Assembly: GCA_031430915.1 (NCBI GenBank)
Contig: JANPCL010000110.1
Span: 1,204 to 65,203 of the forward strand
Source of the DNA: Hyphomicrobiales bacterium
GTDB taxonomy: Bacteria; Pseudomonadota; Alphaproteobacteria; Rhizobiales; Aestuariivirgaceae
Direction: 5' to 3'
Length of the DNA: 64,000 nucleotides
The translations under genes and the position numbers were made by a program. Below are positions 1 through 8,750 of this stretch, piece after piece. The notes beneath the pieces were generated by a model. The model searched no databases. It had not been told where the DNA came from and saw nothing but the letters and a program-made list of their open reading frames with translations. Numbering within the stretch: the first letter of the stretch is position 1; each line of letters opens with the position of its first letter.

Positions 1-990
1 GTGCAACACGTGACAGCCGACGTTGTTATAAATGCAAGTGGTGCATGGATCGACAAGGTCAATGAAAACCTCGGTATCATCTCCAGTTATATGGGGGGTT
101 CGAGGGGCGGCCATCTCATCGTGAAGCATAAGGGCCTGTTGCAGGCCACGCAGGGCCGCATGATGTATTTTGGCTGCAAGGATGGACGCTTCAACCTACT
201 CTATCCGTTTTTTGGCAATGTACTGGTGGGCTCCACCGACCTTGCCCAGCAGGACCCGGACCTTGCCCATTGCAGTGCGGAGGAAACGGACTACCTCCTA
301 TCCGTCGTCAGCGAAATCTTCCCGGATATCAAGCTCACACGCGACGACGTGATTCTGACTTACAGCGGTGTGCGGCCCCTGCCTCGCGCAAATGGCAAGG
401 ACATTGGCGATGTCTCGCGAGACCACAGCATTGGCCGAGACAGTTTGCCCGGCACCAATGACCCTGTATTGTCTCTCATCGGCGGAAAATGGACAACCTT
501 CCGCGCTTTCTCAGAACAATCCTGTGATGCCGTGTTGCAACTGCTCGGCAGGCCGCGTTCAGTTTCAACTGTGGATATGCCAATCGGCGGCGGGCGCAAC
601 TATCCTCGTGATGAAGTTAGCCGAAATGCCATGATCGGCAGACTTGGGACACGCGGCGATACCTTGCTGAACCGCTATGGCACGAAAGCAGTTGCCGTCC
701 AGGCTTTCGCTGACACAACACAAGACAAGCCCATGTCATCACTGCCCGGATACAACACAGGCGAAGTCGCTTATATCTGCGCCCATGAAAACGTCCGGCA
801 TCTGGCAGACTTGGTGTTGCGCCGCACGGCTATTGCCATGGAAGGCCTACTGACGCCGGAAGTCATTTTAGAGACATCAAAGATCGCAGCCAACATTCTG
901 GGGTGGAATAAAGCCCGCACGAACGCCGAGGTCGCATATGCTCAAGCTGAACTCGCCAAACGCAGCGTGAAAAACGTCAGGCCCGCGTAA
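1..990 (+). CDS. FAD-dependent glycerol-3-phosphate dehydrogenase family protein, C-terminal ~330 aa (5' end outside window)
   Basis: The frame is open from base 1. The translation (VINASGAW, SGVRPL, long C-terminal helical part) resembles GlpD/EryB-type oxidoreductases. It converges on the next gene with a 14-nt overlap. Confidence 0.7.
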   Translation: MQHVTADVVINASGAWIDKVNENLGIISSYMGGSRGGHLIVKHKGLLQATQGRMMYFGCKDGRFNLLYPFFGNVLVGSTDLAQQDPDLAHCSAEETDYLLSVVSEIFPDIKLTRDDVILTYSGVRPLPRANGKDIGDVSRDHSIGRDSLPGTNDPVLSLIGGKWTTFRAFSEQSCDAVLQLLGRPRSVSTVDMPIGGGRNYPRDEVSRNAMIGRLGTRGDTLLNRYGTKAVAVQAFADTTQDKPMSSLPGYNTGEVAYICAHENVRHLADLVLRRTAIAMEGLLTPEVILETSKIAANILGWNKARTNAEVAYAQAELAKRSVKNVRPA

Positions 991-1684
991 GCGCTTCTGA
1001 AACTGTTTCCATCAAAACTTCTTTCACTTCGGCAAAGGTGAGCGACGGAAGCAGATCGGCAATCGCGCCATAGGTCGTTGAATCAAAGTTGAGCCCCATG
1101 GCACGGTAAGCATCAGCAATTCCCACACAAGCTTTCTCCGAGCGCGTAACTGAAACAATTGCCCCCATTTGCAGGCAGCGCTGGTTCATGCGTTGCGCAA
1201 CGCCGACAAGCTTGATGCGCCCTTCCGCGTTGACGCTGAATTTCCCGGGGCAATATTCATTCGGCAACTCGCCCACACGCGCGTCAATGCCGAGTGTCTT
1301 CAAGCCATCAGCAATCGCACCGGAAAGTATGTTGTATCGCGCCAGCATGTATTGATGTGGCGCTGGATGGGGGGCGATGATGGTAATGCCAAGCGCATTT
1401 TCATCAAACAGCGTGAGCCTGCCGCCTGTGCCACGTTCAACGGGTTCATAACCACTTGACCTGACGTGTTCCTTGATGCGTTCGTAGTCCGCATGTGTTG
1501 TATCCTGCGGTGAAAAGGCAGCCGTGGGCCATGGGCGGCGAAAACGCAGAATGGCTTGGTCTCCCGCTCTCAACTCCGTGAGCTGCTGCTTCACCCATGC
1601 AGCATAGTCCTGCGGGTGTGGACGTTCGACGGCGGGCAATTCCGTATCATCGATGATCTGGAAAGGCCCGCCAAACGCTTGCAT
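977..1684 (-). CDS. Lipoate/octanoate-protein ligase-like protein (BPL/LplA/LipB fold)
   Basis: 235-aa ORF. ERGTGGRLTLFD and GKFSV...GRIKLVGVAQR resemble the LplA/LipB motifs RxxGGGAVxHD and GRKISGSAQR. Its start shares 1 nt with the aldolase stop. Confidence 0.55.
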   Translation of the reverse strand: MQAFGGPFQIIDDTELPAVERPHPQDYAAWVKQQLTELRAGDQAILRFRRPWPTAAFSPQDTTHADYERIKEHVRSSGYEPVERGTGGRLTLFDENALGITIIAPHPAPHQYMLARYNILSGAIADGLKTLGIDARVGELPNEYCPGKFSVNAEGRIKLVGVAQRMNQRCLQMGAIVSVTRSEKACVGIADAYRAMGLNFDSTTYGAIADLLPSLTFAEVKEVLMETVSEALTRA

Positions 1685-2535
1685 CAGGCTGCCTTGGCTT
1701 TGCCCGCACAGCCGTAAAGTTCCATCTTCTCTATGGTGGCATTGATCATGCGCTTGCGACCTTCGGCCATGGCCTCTTCAAGCTGATGATCACCCTTGGA
1801 CCACACATCCAACATGCCCTGGCGGAACACGTGGCGCAGGTCAGTATCGGCATTGAACTTGTGGACACCTGCGGCCTTCGCAGCCTGCACTTCTTCAACG
1901 GGTATGCCGGACGCGCCGTGCAATACCAAAGGAATTTTCGTGGCGTCACGAATTTCAAGCGTGCGTTTTATTGAAAGGGGCTCAGGCTTCAAGCCGGGAA
2001 TGACGCCATGCACAATGCCAACGGAAATTGCGAGATAATCCACGCCAGTTTCGGTCACAAAGCGCGTCGCCTCTTCGACTGTTGTATAATAATCTTCCCA
2101 GTTTACGCTTTCGCCAACATCGGGAATCTTGCCAAGTTCTGCTTCAACAGGAATGCCGAAATCATGGGCGATCTCGACGATGCGCTTGGTCATGCGGATG
2201 TTTTCTTCAAACGGCATGTGCGCAAAATCACACATGATGGAATTGAAACCAAGCTTGATGGCCTCAATGCACTCGTCCCAAGGACCATGATCGAGGTGGA
2301 TGACAAATTGCGCGTTGGATTCTTCGGCTATGCGCTTGGTCATTTCGAAGCCACGCTTCAAGCCGACATGAGGCACCAAAGCCCGACCCACTTGCAGGAT
2401 TACGGGTGAGTTGGCCTGTTCAGCGGCACGTACCAGTGCTTCGGTGGTTTCTTCATTGTGCATGTTGAACGCACCGACGGCATATTTGCCTTTGCGTGCG
2501 TCATCGATCAATTGTCGTGGATTGGCCCAAGGCAT
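1684..2535 (-). CDS. Class II ketose-bisphosphate aldolase (fructose/tagatose-1,6-bisphosphate aldolase family)
   Basis: 283-aa ORF with family-typical blocks: KGKYAVGAFN, VILQVG, HLDHG, LVLHGASG. Confidence 0.85.
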   Translation of the reverse strand: MPWANPRQLIDDARKGKYAVGAFNMHNEETTEALVRAAEQANSPVILQVGRALVPHVGLKRGFEMTKRIAEESNAQFVIHLDHGPWDECIEAIKLGFNSIMCDFAHMPFEENIRMTKRIVEIAHDFGIPVEAELGKIPDVGESVNWEDYYTTVEEATRFVTETGVDYLAISVGIVHGVIPGLKPEPLSIKRTLEIRDATKIPLVLHGASGIPVEEVQAAKAAGVHKFNADTDLRHVFRQGMLDVWSKGDHQLEEAMAEGRKRMINATIEKMELYGCAGKAKAA

Positions 2536-2558
2536 GTCAGTGTCCTTTGTTCAAATGT

Positions 2559-2801
2559 TCAGGAAATTTTGATGATGGCAATTGGGGTTCGCACTTCAAC
2601 TGTCTGATCCACATCAAACAAGATCTCGGTGAGAACACCCGCCGCAGGAGACTCCAGTGTCTCTGTCGCTTTTTCAGCTTCAATCTCGGCCAGCGGTTCG
2701 TCTTCGGCAACAGTATCGCCTACGGCTTTCAGCCATTTGACGATCTTGCCTTCACTCATGCCCATGCCCCATTGGGGTAGAAGAACTTTGATGTTTGGCA
2801 T
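2559..2801 (-). CDS. Stand-alone lipoyl-domain carrier protein (80 aa)
   Basis: A single biotin/lipoyl attachment domain with the lipoyl-lysine context EIEAEKATETLESPAAG. There is no E2 catalytic or E3-binding domain. It starts 2 nt after E1 beta. Confidence 0.8.
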   Translation of the reverse strand: MPNIKVLLPQWGMGMSEGKIVKWLKAVGDTVAEDEPLAEIEAEKATETLESPAAGVLTEILFDVDQTVEVRTPIAIIKIS

Positions 2802-2803
2802 TG

Positions 2804-3817
2804 TCAGTGTCCTTTCAGTTTTGAAGCGGTTACTTTGCGAACAGCATCCGCAATTTTTTCCGCATTCGGATAGAGTTGTTTCTCAAGTGCTGGGCTAAAA
2901 GGAATGTGCGTGTCCGGCGTGGTGACCCGCAGAATTGGTGCTTTCAAACTGTCGAAAATGGTTTCTGACACCAGTGCGGAAATCTCAGCCGCAGCACCGC
3001 AGGTTCTATTGGCGGGATCAGCGATCACGAGACGACCTGTTTTCGCAACCGATCTGAATATCGCGTCGTGATCAAGTGGCACCAATGTGCGGGGATCAAT
3101 GATTTCCACCGAAATGCCTTCAGCTTCGAGCTTTTGCGCCGCCAGAATGGACTGTTGCACGGCTGAAGAAATCGCAACGATGGTCACATCAGTGCCTTCG
3201 CGTACCGTGCGGGCCACGCCGAAGGGAATGCGGAACTCCCCATCCGGCACGTCCTCTTTCATGCCCCACAGCAAGCAAGCCTCGAACGACATAACGGGAT
3301 CATCCATATCAATGGCAGTGCGCAACAAGCCCTTGGCATCCGTAGGCGATGCAGGGACCATGATCTTCAGGCCCGGCATGTTCATGAACATGGGGTATGG
3401 TCGATCCGAGTGGTGGGCCGCCGTGCTCAAGCCGTAAAACATGGCGGATCGGAACACGACGGGGAGTGATGCTTGCCCCCCAAACATATAGCGGCTTTTG
3501 GCCACCTGATTGATAAATTGGTCCATCGCCATATAGAGGAAAGTTGAGTAGGACAAATCGACAATGGGACGAAGCCCCGTCATGGCCGCACCCGCCGCTG
3601 CCCCCACCATGACCTCTTCTGAGATTGGCGTATTGCGAATGCGATTAGGTCCAAACATCTGCAAGAAATCGCCTTTGTCGGCGCGGGACTTGCCGCCACC
3701 CATAGTGCCATAGACATTGGCTTCCACGTCTTCACCCATGATGATAACGCGGCTATCGGCTGCCATGGCCTCACGCTGTGCTTCGCCAATGGCACCGAGA
3801 TAACTTGTGATCGTCAT
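2804..3817 (-). CDS. Alpha-ketoacid/acetoin dehydrogenase E1 component, beta subunit
   Basis: 337-aa ORF with transketolase-like pyrimidine-binding and C-terminal domains (IIMGEDV, NTPISEE, VPASP). It overlaps E1 alpha by 4 nt. Confidence 0.9.
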   Translation of the reverse strand: MTITSYLGAIGEAQREAMAADSRVIIMGEDVEANVYGTMGGGKSRADKGDFLQMFGPNRIRNTPISEEVMVGAAAGAAMTGLRPIVDLSYSTFLYMAMDQFINQVAKSRYMFGGQASLPVVFRSAMFYGLSTAAHHSDRPYPMFMNMPGLKIMVPASPTDAKGLLRTAIDMDDPVMSFEACLLWGMKEDVPDGEFRIPFGVARTVREGTDVTIVAISSAVQQSILAAQKLEAEGISVEIIDPRTLVPLDHDAIFRSVAKTGRLVIADPANRTCGAAAEISALVSETIFDSLKAPILRVTTPDTHIPFSPALEKQLYPNAEKIADAVRKVTASKLKGH

Positions 3818-4800
3818 GCTGTTGCTCCAAGGGCTTCGGTGTAAATGTCTTTGAAAGCAACAGAGAGTTCCGGATATGGGCTCTCGTTGGCAAAAGCGAC
3901 AGAAGCATCCACTTCCGCCATCACTTCCGCCTCAAGGCCCGCCAGAGTAGCTTCATCGGCAATGCCATTTTCCAGCATATGGGCACGGAATAATTTGATC
4001 GGATCACGCTTCAACCACGCGGCCTTCTGCTCGGCATCGCGATAGTCAACAGCCAGGCGCAGGCCCTCAGAGTGTTCATTGAAGCGATAAGTTACAACCT
4101 CAACGAAGCTTGGACCATTGCCTGCACGGGCACGGTCTACAGCCGTTTTCACAGCATCGTAGACTGTCAAAACACTTTGTCCGTCTTCAACCCGAACACC
4201 CGGCATGTCAAAGCCCGGTGCACGATCGGCCAATACTCCCGCCGTCACGGTATGAGCAGGTGTTGAAAGTGCATATTGATTGTTCTCGCAGAGGAAGACG
4301 ATTGGCAGTTTCCAAACTGACGAGAGGTTCATTGCCTCATAGAGACAGCCCTGATTTGCCGCACCATCGCCGAAGAAAGCCAGTGACACACGGCCATTGC
4401 CCAAGACTTTGCTCGATAAAGCTGCGCCCGTTGCAATGGGAATAGAGGAACCCACGATGCCGGACTCTCCCAAGCTTCCCACTTTGAAATCGGCCAAATG
4501 CATGGAGCCGCCTTTGCCGCCGCACACACCCCAGGCCTTGCCCACAAGTTCCGCCATCAAAGGCCCCAGTGCGGCCCCCTTGCCAATGGGGTGACCATGG
4601 CTACGGTGATTGCCCGTCATATAGTCACCGTCACCCAGCGCCATGGTGGCACCAACAACCTGCGCCTCTTGCCCAATCGATGTGTGCACGGTACCCGGAA
4701 TTTCACCGCGCTTCACCATTTTTGACGCGCGTTCATCAAAATAACGGATGCGCAACATGCGCCGCTGCATCTCGAGCAGCATGTCATTTTTAACGGTCAT
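3814..4800 (-). CDS. Thiamine-diphosphate-dependent dehydrogenase E1 component, alpha subunit (acetoin AcoA-like)
   Basis: 328-aa ORF. The TPP motif GDGAANQG...ENNQYA and the HTSIGQEA/HRSHGH blocks are typical of AcoA/PdhA-type E1 alpha. Confidence 0.9.
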   Translation of the reverse strand: MTVKNDMLLEMQRRMLRIRYFDERASKMVKRGEIPGTVHTSIGQEAQVVGATMALGDGDYMTGNHRSHGHPIGKGAALGPLMAELVGKAWGVCGGKGGSMHLADFKVGSLGESGIVGSSIPIATGAALSSKVLGNGRVSLAFFGDGAANQGCLYEAMNLSSVWKLPIVFLCENNQYALSTPAHTVTAGVLADRAPGFDMPGVRVEDGQSVLTVYDAVKTAVDRARAGNGPSFVEVVTYRFNEHSEGLRLAVDYRDAEQKAAWLKRDPIKLFRAHMLENGIADEATLAGLEAEVMAEVDASVAFANESPYPELSVAFKDIYTEALGATA

Positions 4801-5795
4801 GATTTATCTTTCGTGGCAGTGTTCATCAAATAATTTGCGCTGTTCACATCGGTAACCAGCACATCAATCCATTTTCCAGCAAGCGCTGCGGCAAGGGCCA
4901 CATGTTTGTCAGCACCGCCAGCGACAGCAATTCTGCGACCCGCATTGCGCAACTGTTCAAGCGTGATGCCGACGACCAATTGGTCCAGTTCGGTTTGCAA
5001 CGGCCGACCTTCAGCAGTTATAAACCTTTGGTGCAATTGCCCGACAGCACCAGCCTTGCGCACCTTGGCCAGTTGTTCAGCGGTGAAGAAATTATCACCT
5101 TCTTCCAGCGGGCCATGGAAATCTGCAGGGCCGAGGCCAACAAAAGCGATATCGACTTTGTCCAATAGTCGAAGAGCTGTCTGGACGTGCACATCAGACA
5201 TTGCCACCTTGAGAAGCTCAGCATTTGGCATTACGCCGGGTGTGCGCAAAAACACTGCTTCGGCATCAAATGCTTTTGCCATCTGCAACGTTGCGAGTGC
5301 TGCTTCATGCTGCAACATGGGGGAGCCCAGATCGCCCAACATCTCGACCACTTTTTTTATACCCGTATTGGATCGGGGCAACATGGCGCGGGCCATTTCA
5401 CGCAACGTCCTGCTCCAGGATGTCAGCCCTACAACCGGGCCATTCCTGAATTCGCTGACGAGACATTGTGCAGCGGCAGTTCCAAGAACGTGGGCGACCC
5501 CAGCTTCACTTGAACTGATGTCAACAACATAGACAGCCTCAAGCCCAAAGGCTTCTGCCAATCCCTCTTCAAGATCGGGGTATAGCCCTTCTGGGGGCAC
5601 CACAACGGTGCGCACAATGCCATGCTCCTCGGCAAGCGTAAGAAAGCGCGAGACGCTGGCTTGCGAAATGCCGAGTTTCTCTGCAATTTCAGACTGGCGT
5701 TGGCCTTGCGTGTGATGGAGCCGCGCCACTTTGGTAATCAGCCGCATTTGTTCAACGTCGAGTCGCAACACACTTCTGGTGGCTTGCTTCTTCAT
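4797..5795 (-). CDS. SorC/DeoR-family sugar-binding transcriptional regulator
   Basis: 332-aa ORF. It has an N-terminal HTH (QSEIAEKLGISQASVSRFL) and a SorC-type sugar-phosphate-binding domain. It lies inside the operon with 4-nt overlaps on both sides. Confidence 0.85.
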   Translation of the reverse strand: MKKQATRSVLRLDVEQMRLITKVARLHHTQGQRQSEIAEKLGISQASVSRFLTLAEEHGIVRTVVVPPEGLYPDLEEGLAEAFGLEAVYVVDISSSEAGVAHVLGTAAAQCLVSEFRNGPVVGLTSWSRTLREMARAMLPRSNTGIKKVVEMLGDLGSPMLQHEAALATLQMAKAFDAEAVFLRTPGVMPNAELLKVAMSDVHVQTALRLLDKVDIAFVGLGPADFHGPLEEGDNFFTAEQLAKVRKAGAVGQLHQRFITAEGRPLQTELDQLVVGITLEQLRNAGRRIAVAGGADKHVALAAALAGKWIDVLVTDVNSANYLMNTATKDKS

Positions 5796-7303
5796 GGCAT
5801 CTTCTCCGCCATCAAACGGAACGTGTTTTTCAAGCCGGGATAGATGCTGCGATAGGCTTCGAAGATATCGGCATATCGCGCATGTGACGCTGCATCGGGT
5901 TCATAGATTATATCTGTGCCTGTCATGGCATCGGCGGCAGTGCGAATGTCCTTGTGCAGACCAACTGCGGCAGCCGCATGAATGCCCGCACCCAAAGCTG
6001 TGCTTTCCTGTTCGCGTACGCGTTTTGCGGACCGCCCCAACACATTGGCCATCATCTGACACAGCAACGCACTACGCGAACCACCTCCGAGTAACACAAT
6101 TTCATCAATAGTGCGGCCCGTTGCTGCTTCCACTCCTGTGGTCAGCAACCGCTGTTCCAGCGTCAGCGCTTCCAGCATGGCGCGATACATATGGGCCTTG
6201 CTGTGCAATCCGGAAAGTCCGACGTAGGCGCCCCGCGCATGACCATCCCAATAGGGTGTCATGGCACCCGTCCAATAGGGAAGGCACAGCAATTTTTCCG
6301 AGCCCTCCGGAATGTTTGCAGCCATGGCCTCCAACAGTTGCTCTGGCGTTTCACCTGGTTTTAGACGCGTGGCGTCCATGTTTGAAATCTGTTCGACGAA
6401 CCAGACGATGTTCTGCGTGCCGCCACCAATGAAGGTTTCAAGTATATAGGTTCCTGGCACTGGTCCGCCCATGGTGCGATAGGCTTTGGCGTGGCTGTAA
6501 GAGTCAGCGTAGACACCAGACACTGTGCCCGTGCCAATGTTGAGATAGGCCCTTCCGGGGCGCGTCACGTTGCAGCCAAGCCCAGCCGACTGACCATCAC
6601 CAGCGCCAACCACCACAGGTAAATTTATTGGCAATCCCAGTTCCACTGCAACCGCTGCCGTCAACCCGCCAGCGATAGCACCAGGTGGCAACAATCGGCT
6701 GACTTTGCTGCGGTCCAAACCCGCAATCTCCAGCAAACCGTCATCGTAATCACAGTGCTGCAAATCCACCAAGCCAAGCGGATCGGCACAGGCCCATGAT
6801 GTAGCCCACTCACCGGTCAACCGCTGCGCCAGGTAACCGGCAACATCGACAACGTGTTTCGTGCGGGCAATGGTGCCAAGCTCATGTTTCTTCAGCCACA
6901 GCAATTTATACCAGGCAGGCGTTGGGTTTGGTGGCTTGCCTGTGATGCGGTGAACTTCATCACTGCCAAACTCTTCAACCTCCGCCGTGGCCCGAATGTC
7001 CATCCAGGTTATTGCAGGACGAATGGGCTTTGCATTCTCATCCAGACAAACAAATGTTTCGCGTTGGTGCGTGATGGCAATGGCCGCTATGCGGTCGCCT
7101 CCCACTTTCGAAACAGCGTCTGCAATGGCAGCAGATGTTGCACTCCACCAATCCGGCGCATGTTGCTCTACCCAGCCGGAGCGGACATGATCGGTTTCAT
7201 AATTGCGACGACCCGTTGCAATAGCCTTGCCTGACGCGTCCCACACCACGGCTTTGCTGGCGGTCGTCGAACAATCCACCCCGATAACGAGATCTCGGCT
7301 CAT
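5792..7303 (-). CDS. FGGY-family carbohydrate kinase (xylulokinase/glycerol-kinase-like)
   Basis: 503-aa ORF with an N-terminal DxGTT-like block (GVDCSTTASK) and the C-terminal GGGSRS motif. Confidence 0.85.
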   Translation of the reverse strand: MSRDLVIGVDCSTTASKAVVWDASGKAIATGRRNYETDHVRSGWVEQHAPDWWSATSAAIADAVSKVGGDRIAAIAITHQRETFVCLDENAKPIRPAITWMDIRATAEVEEFGSDEVHRITGKPPNPTPAWYKLLWLKKHELGTIARTKHVVDVAGYLAQRLTGEWATSWACADPLGLVDLQHCDYDDGLLEIAGLDRSKVSRLLPPGAIAGGLTAAVAVELGLPINLPVVVGAGDGQSAGLGCNVTRPGRAYLNIGTGTVSGVYADSYSHAKAYRTMGGPVPGTYILETFIGGGTQNIVWFVEQISNMDATRLKPGETPEQLLEAMAANIPEGSEKLLCLPYWTGAMTPYWDGHARGAYVGLSGLHSKAHMYRAMLEALTLEQRLLTTGVEAATGRTIDEIVLLGGGSRSALLCQMMANVLGRSAKRVREQESTALGAGIHAAAAVGLHKDIRTAADAMTGTDIIYEPDAASHARYADIFEAYRSIYPGLKNTFRLMAEKMP

Positions 7304-8706
7304 GTCATGACCCAGTCCACCAAATCATCGGTCCACAGGCCCATGAGGTCGAGGAGATCGACAAGATTGAAACGGTTGCGCATCACGAAACAATTGGCCA
7401 CCGCCCAGCGGGCAAGTTCGGGCGTGATCGACGGGTTCAGTTCCGCGAATGTTGAAGGCGCACCAGACGCCTCCAAAGCCGGGCGCAAATTCTCAGGTGG
7501 TTGCACCATCTTGCTGAACTCTGTGCAATGGTGTTTCCAGTTTTCAACAACGGAAACAAACATTGTCCAATTCTGTTCAATCAGCGCCTGCTTCTTCCTG
7601 CAATCGCTTAAACATTCGTCCACAATACCAGAGTCGAAGTGGCCGAAGGCCTTGCATACCCGCGCCTCCAACCTCGCCGCATCTGGTTTTCTCAAAAGCG
7701 CAGGCTGGACCAAGTCACCATCAATCGCCCGCAGCCATAACTTGGTGGCCACAAGTGTTGCCACACCAACTTGTGCGCCATGCAAACCAATGGCTTGGTG
7801 GTGGGCTGCGTGATGCAGATCGAGCATATGGCTGATCACATGTTCAACACCTGACAGGCAGGCCGTAGTATTGGAAACACCAGACACAATGCCGCGAAGC
7901 GCCAGAAGCTTCGTCAATTCAGCTATGGCCGTTGCATCGCCTGTCGCCACTCCGCTGGCCCAAGTTGGGGGTTCAGCAGCAGCGGCTTTCAGCAGCTCCA
8001 TCGAAGCCGGATGAAAAGTGTTGTCGAGGCCGACCAGATTGGCCAGGTACCAATCGGCAGGTGCCGTAAAAAGTGAAATCGCTTCGCCGAAACCCGAGGT
8101 GTTCAGTTCGCGTGGCGCTGCACCAATCGTTGTCGTATCGGCGAGAACGATTGTGGGCCAGCGTGACGGCACTGTGCGTTTGACTCCACTCCGCAAAATC
8201 ACAGACACGTTGTCGGTGAAGCCATCAACCGATGCCGCTGTTTGCACCACAATTTGCGGGATTCCGCCATTGCGCGTTCCTGCCACCTTGCCAACATCTG
8301 TCATGGTGCCGGAACCTATGGTGACAATGAGATCAGCACCCAACGCCGCCGCAGACGCTGCATCCAGTGTTGCCTCATCGGCGTGCAGCGTTGCGTGGTC
8401 AGCATGGAGTGCAACCGTTTTCAGCGCGTAACCGTCAAGCTGTGCTTGCACGAGCGAGCTGAGTTTTTGATTGCCGCGCATGATTGCCGACGGGTCAGTG
8501 AGGAGCACAACCGACGCTGGTTTTGCCTTCCCTACAGAAGCCAAAGCTTCTGCGGCAGCCTCTCCCAACTTCAAATGCGCATCACCCGAAATCTCTACCC
8601 GCAGCATCTCAATCGGCAGGAGTCGCGATTCTTTGTCTTCCGCTTTCAAAAAGCGGCGCAGACCGGCAAGGTCAGTTGGATCAGACAATGAATGCGTGAA
8701 TGCCAT
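7300..8706 (-). CDS. Iron-containing alcohol dehydrogenase family, sn-glycerol-1-phosphate dehydrogenase (AraM/EgsA)-like
   Basis: 468-aa ORF. The GSGTMTDVGK and QTAASVDGF blocks match the G1PDH-type Fe-ADH fold. It is longer than typical family members. Confidence 0.7.
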   Translation of the reverse strand: MAFTHSLSDPTDLAGLRRFLKAEDKESRLLPIEMLRVEISGDAHLKLGEAAAEALASVGKAKPASVVLLTDPSAIMRGNQKLSSLVQAQLDGYALKTVALHADHATLHADEATLDAASAAALGADLIVTIGSGTMTDVGKVAGTRNGGIPQIVVQTAASVDGFTDNVSVILRSGVKRTVPSRWPTIVLADTTTIGAAPRELNTSGFGEAISLFTAPADWYLANLVGLDNTFHPASMELLKAAAAEPPTWASGVATGDATAIAELTKLLALRGIVSGVSNTTACLSGVEHVISHMLDLHHAAHHQAIGLHGAQVGVATLVATKLWLRAIDGDLVQPALLRKPDAARLEARVCKAFGHFDSGIVDECLSDCRKKQALIEQNWTMFVSVVENWKHHCTEFSKMVQPPENLRPALEASGAPSTFAELNPSITPELARWAVANCFVMRNRFNLVDLLDLMGLWTDDLVDWVMT

Positions 8707-8750
8707 GATACCTCAGGGGTGACTGGCATGTTTATACACTATCAGAATTT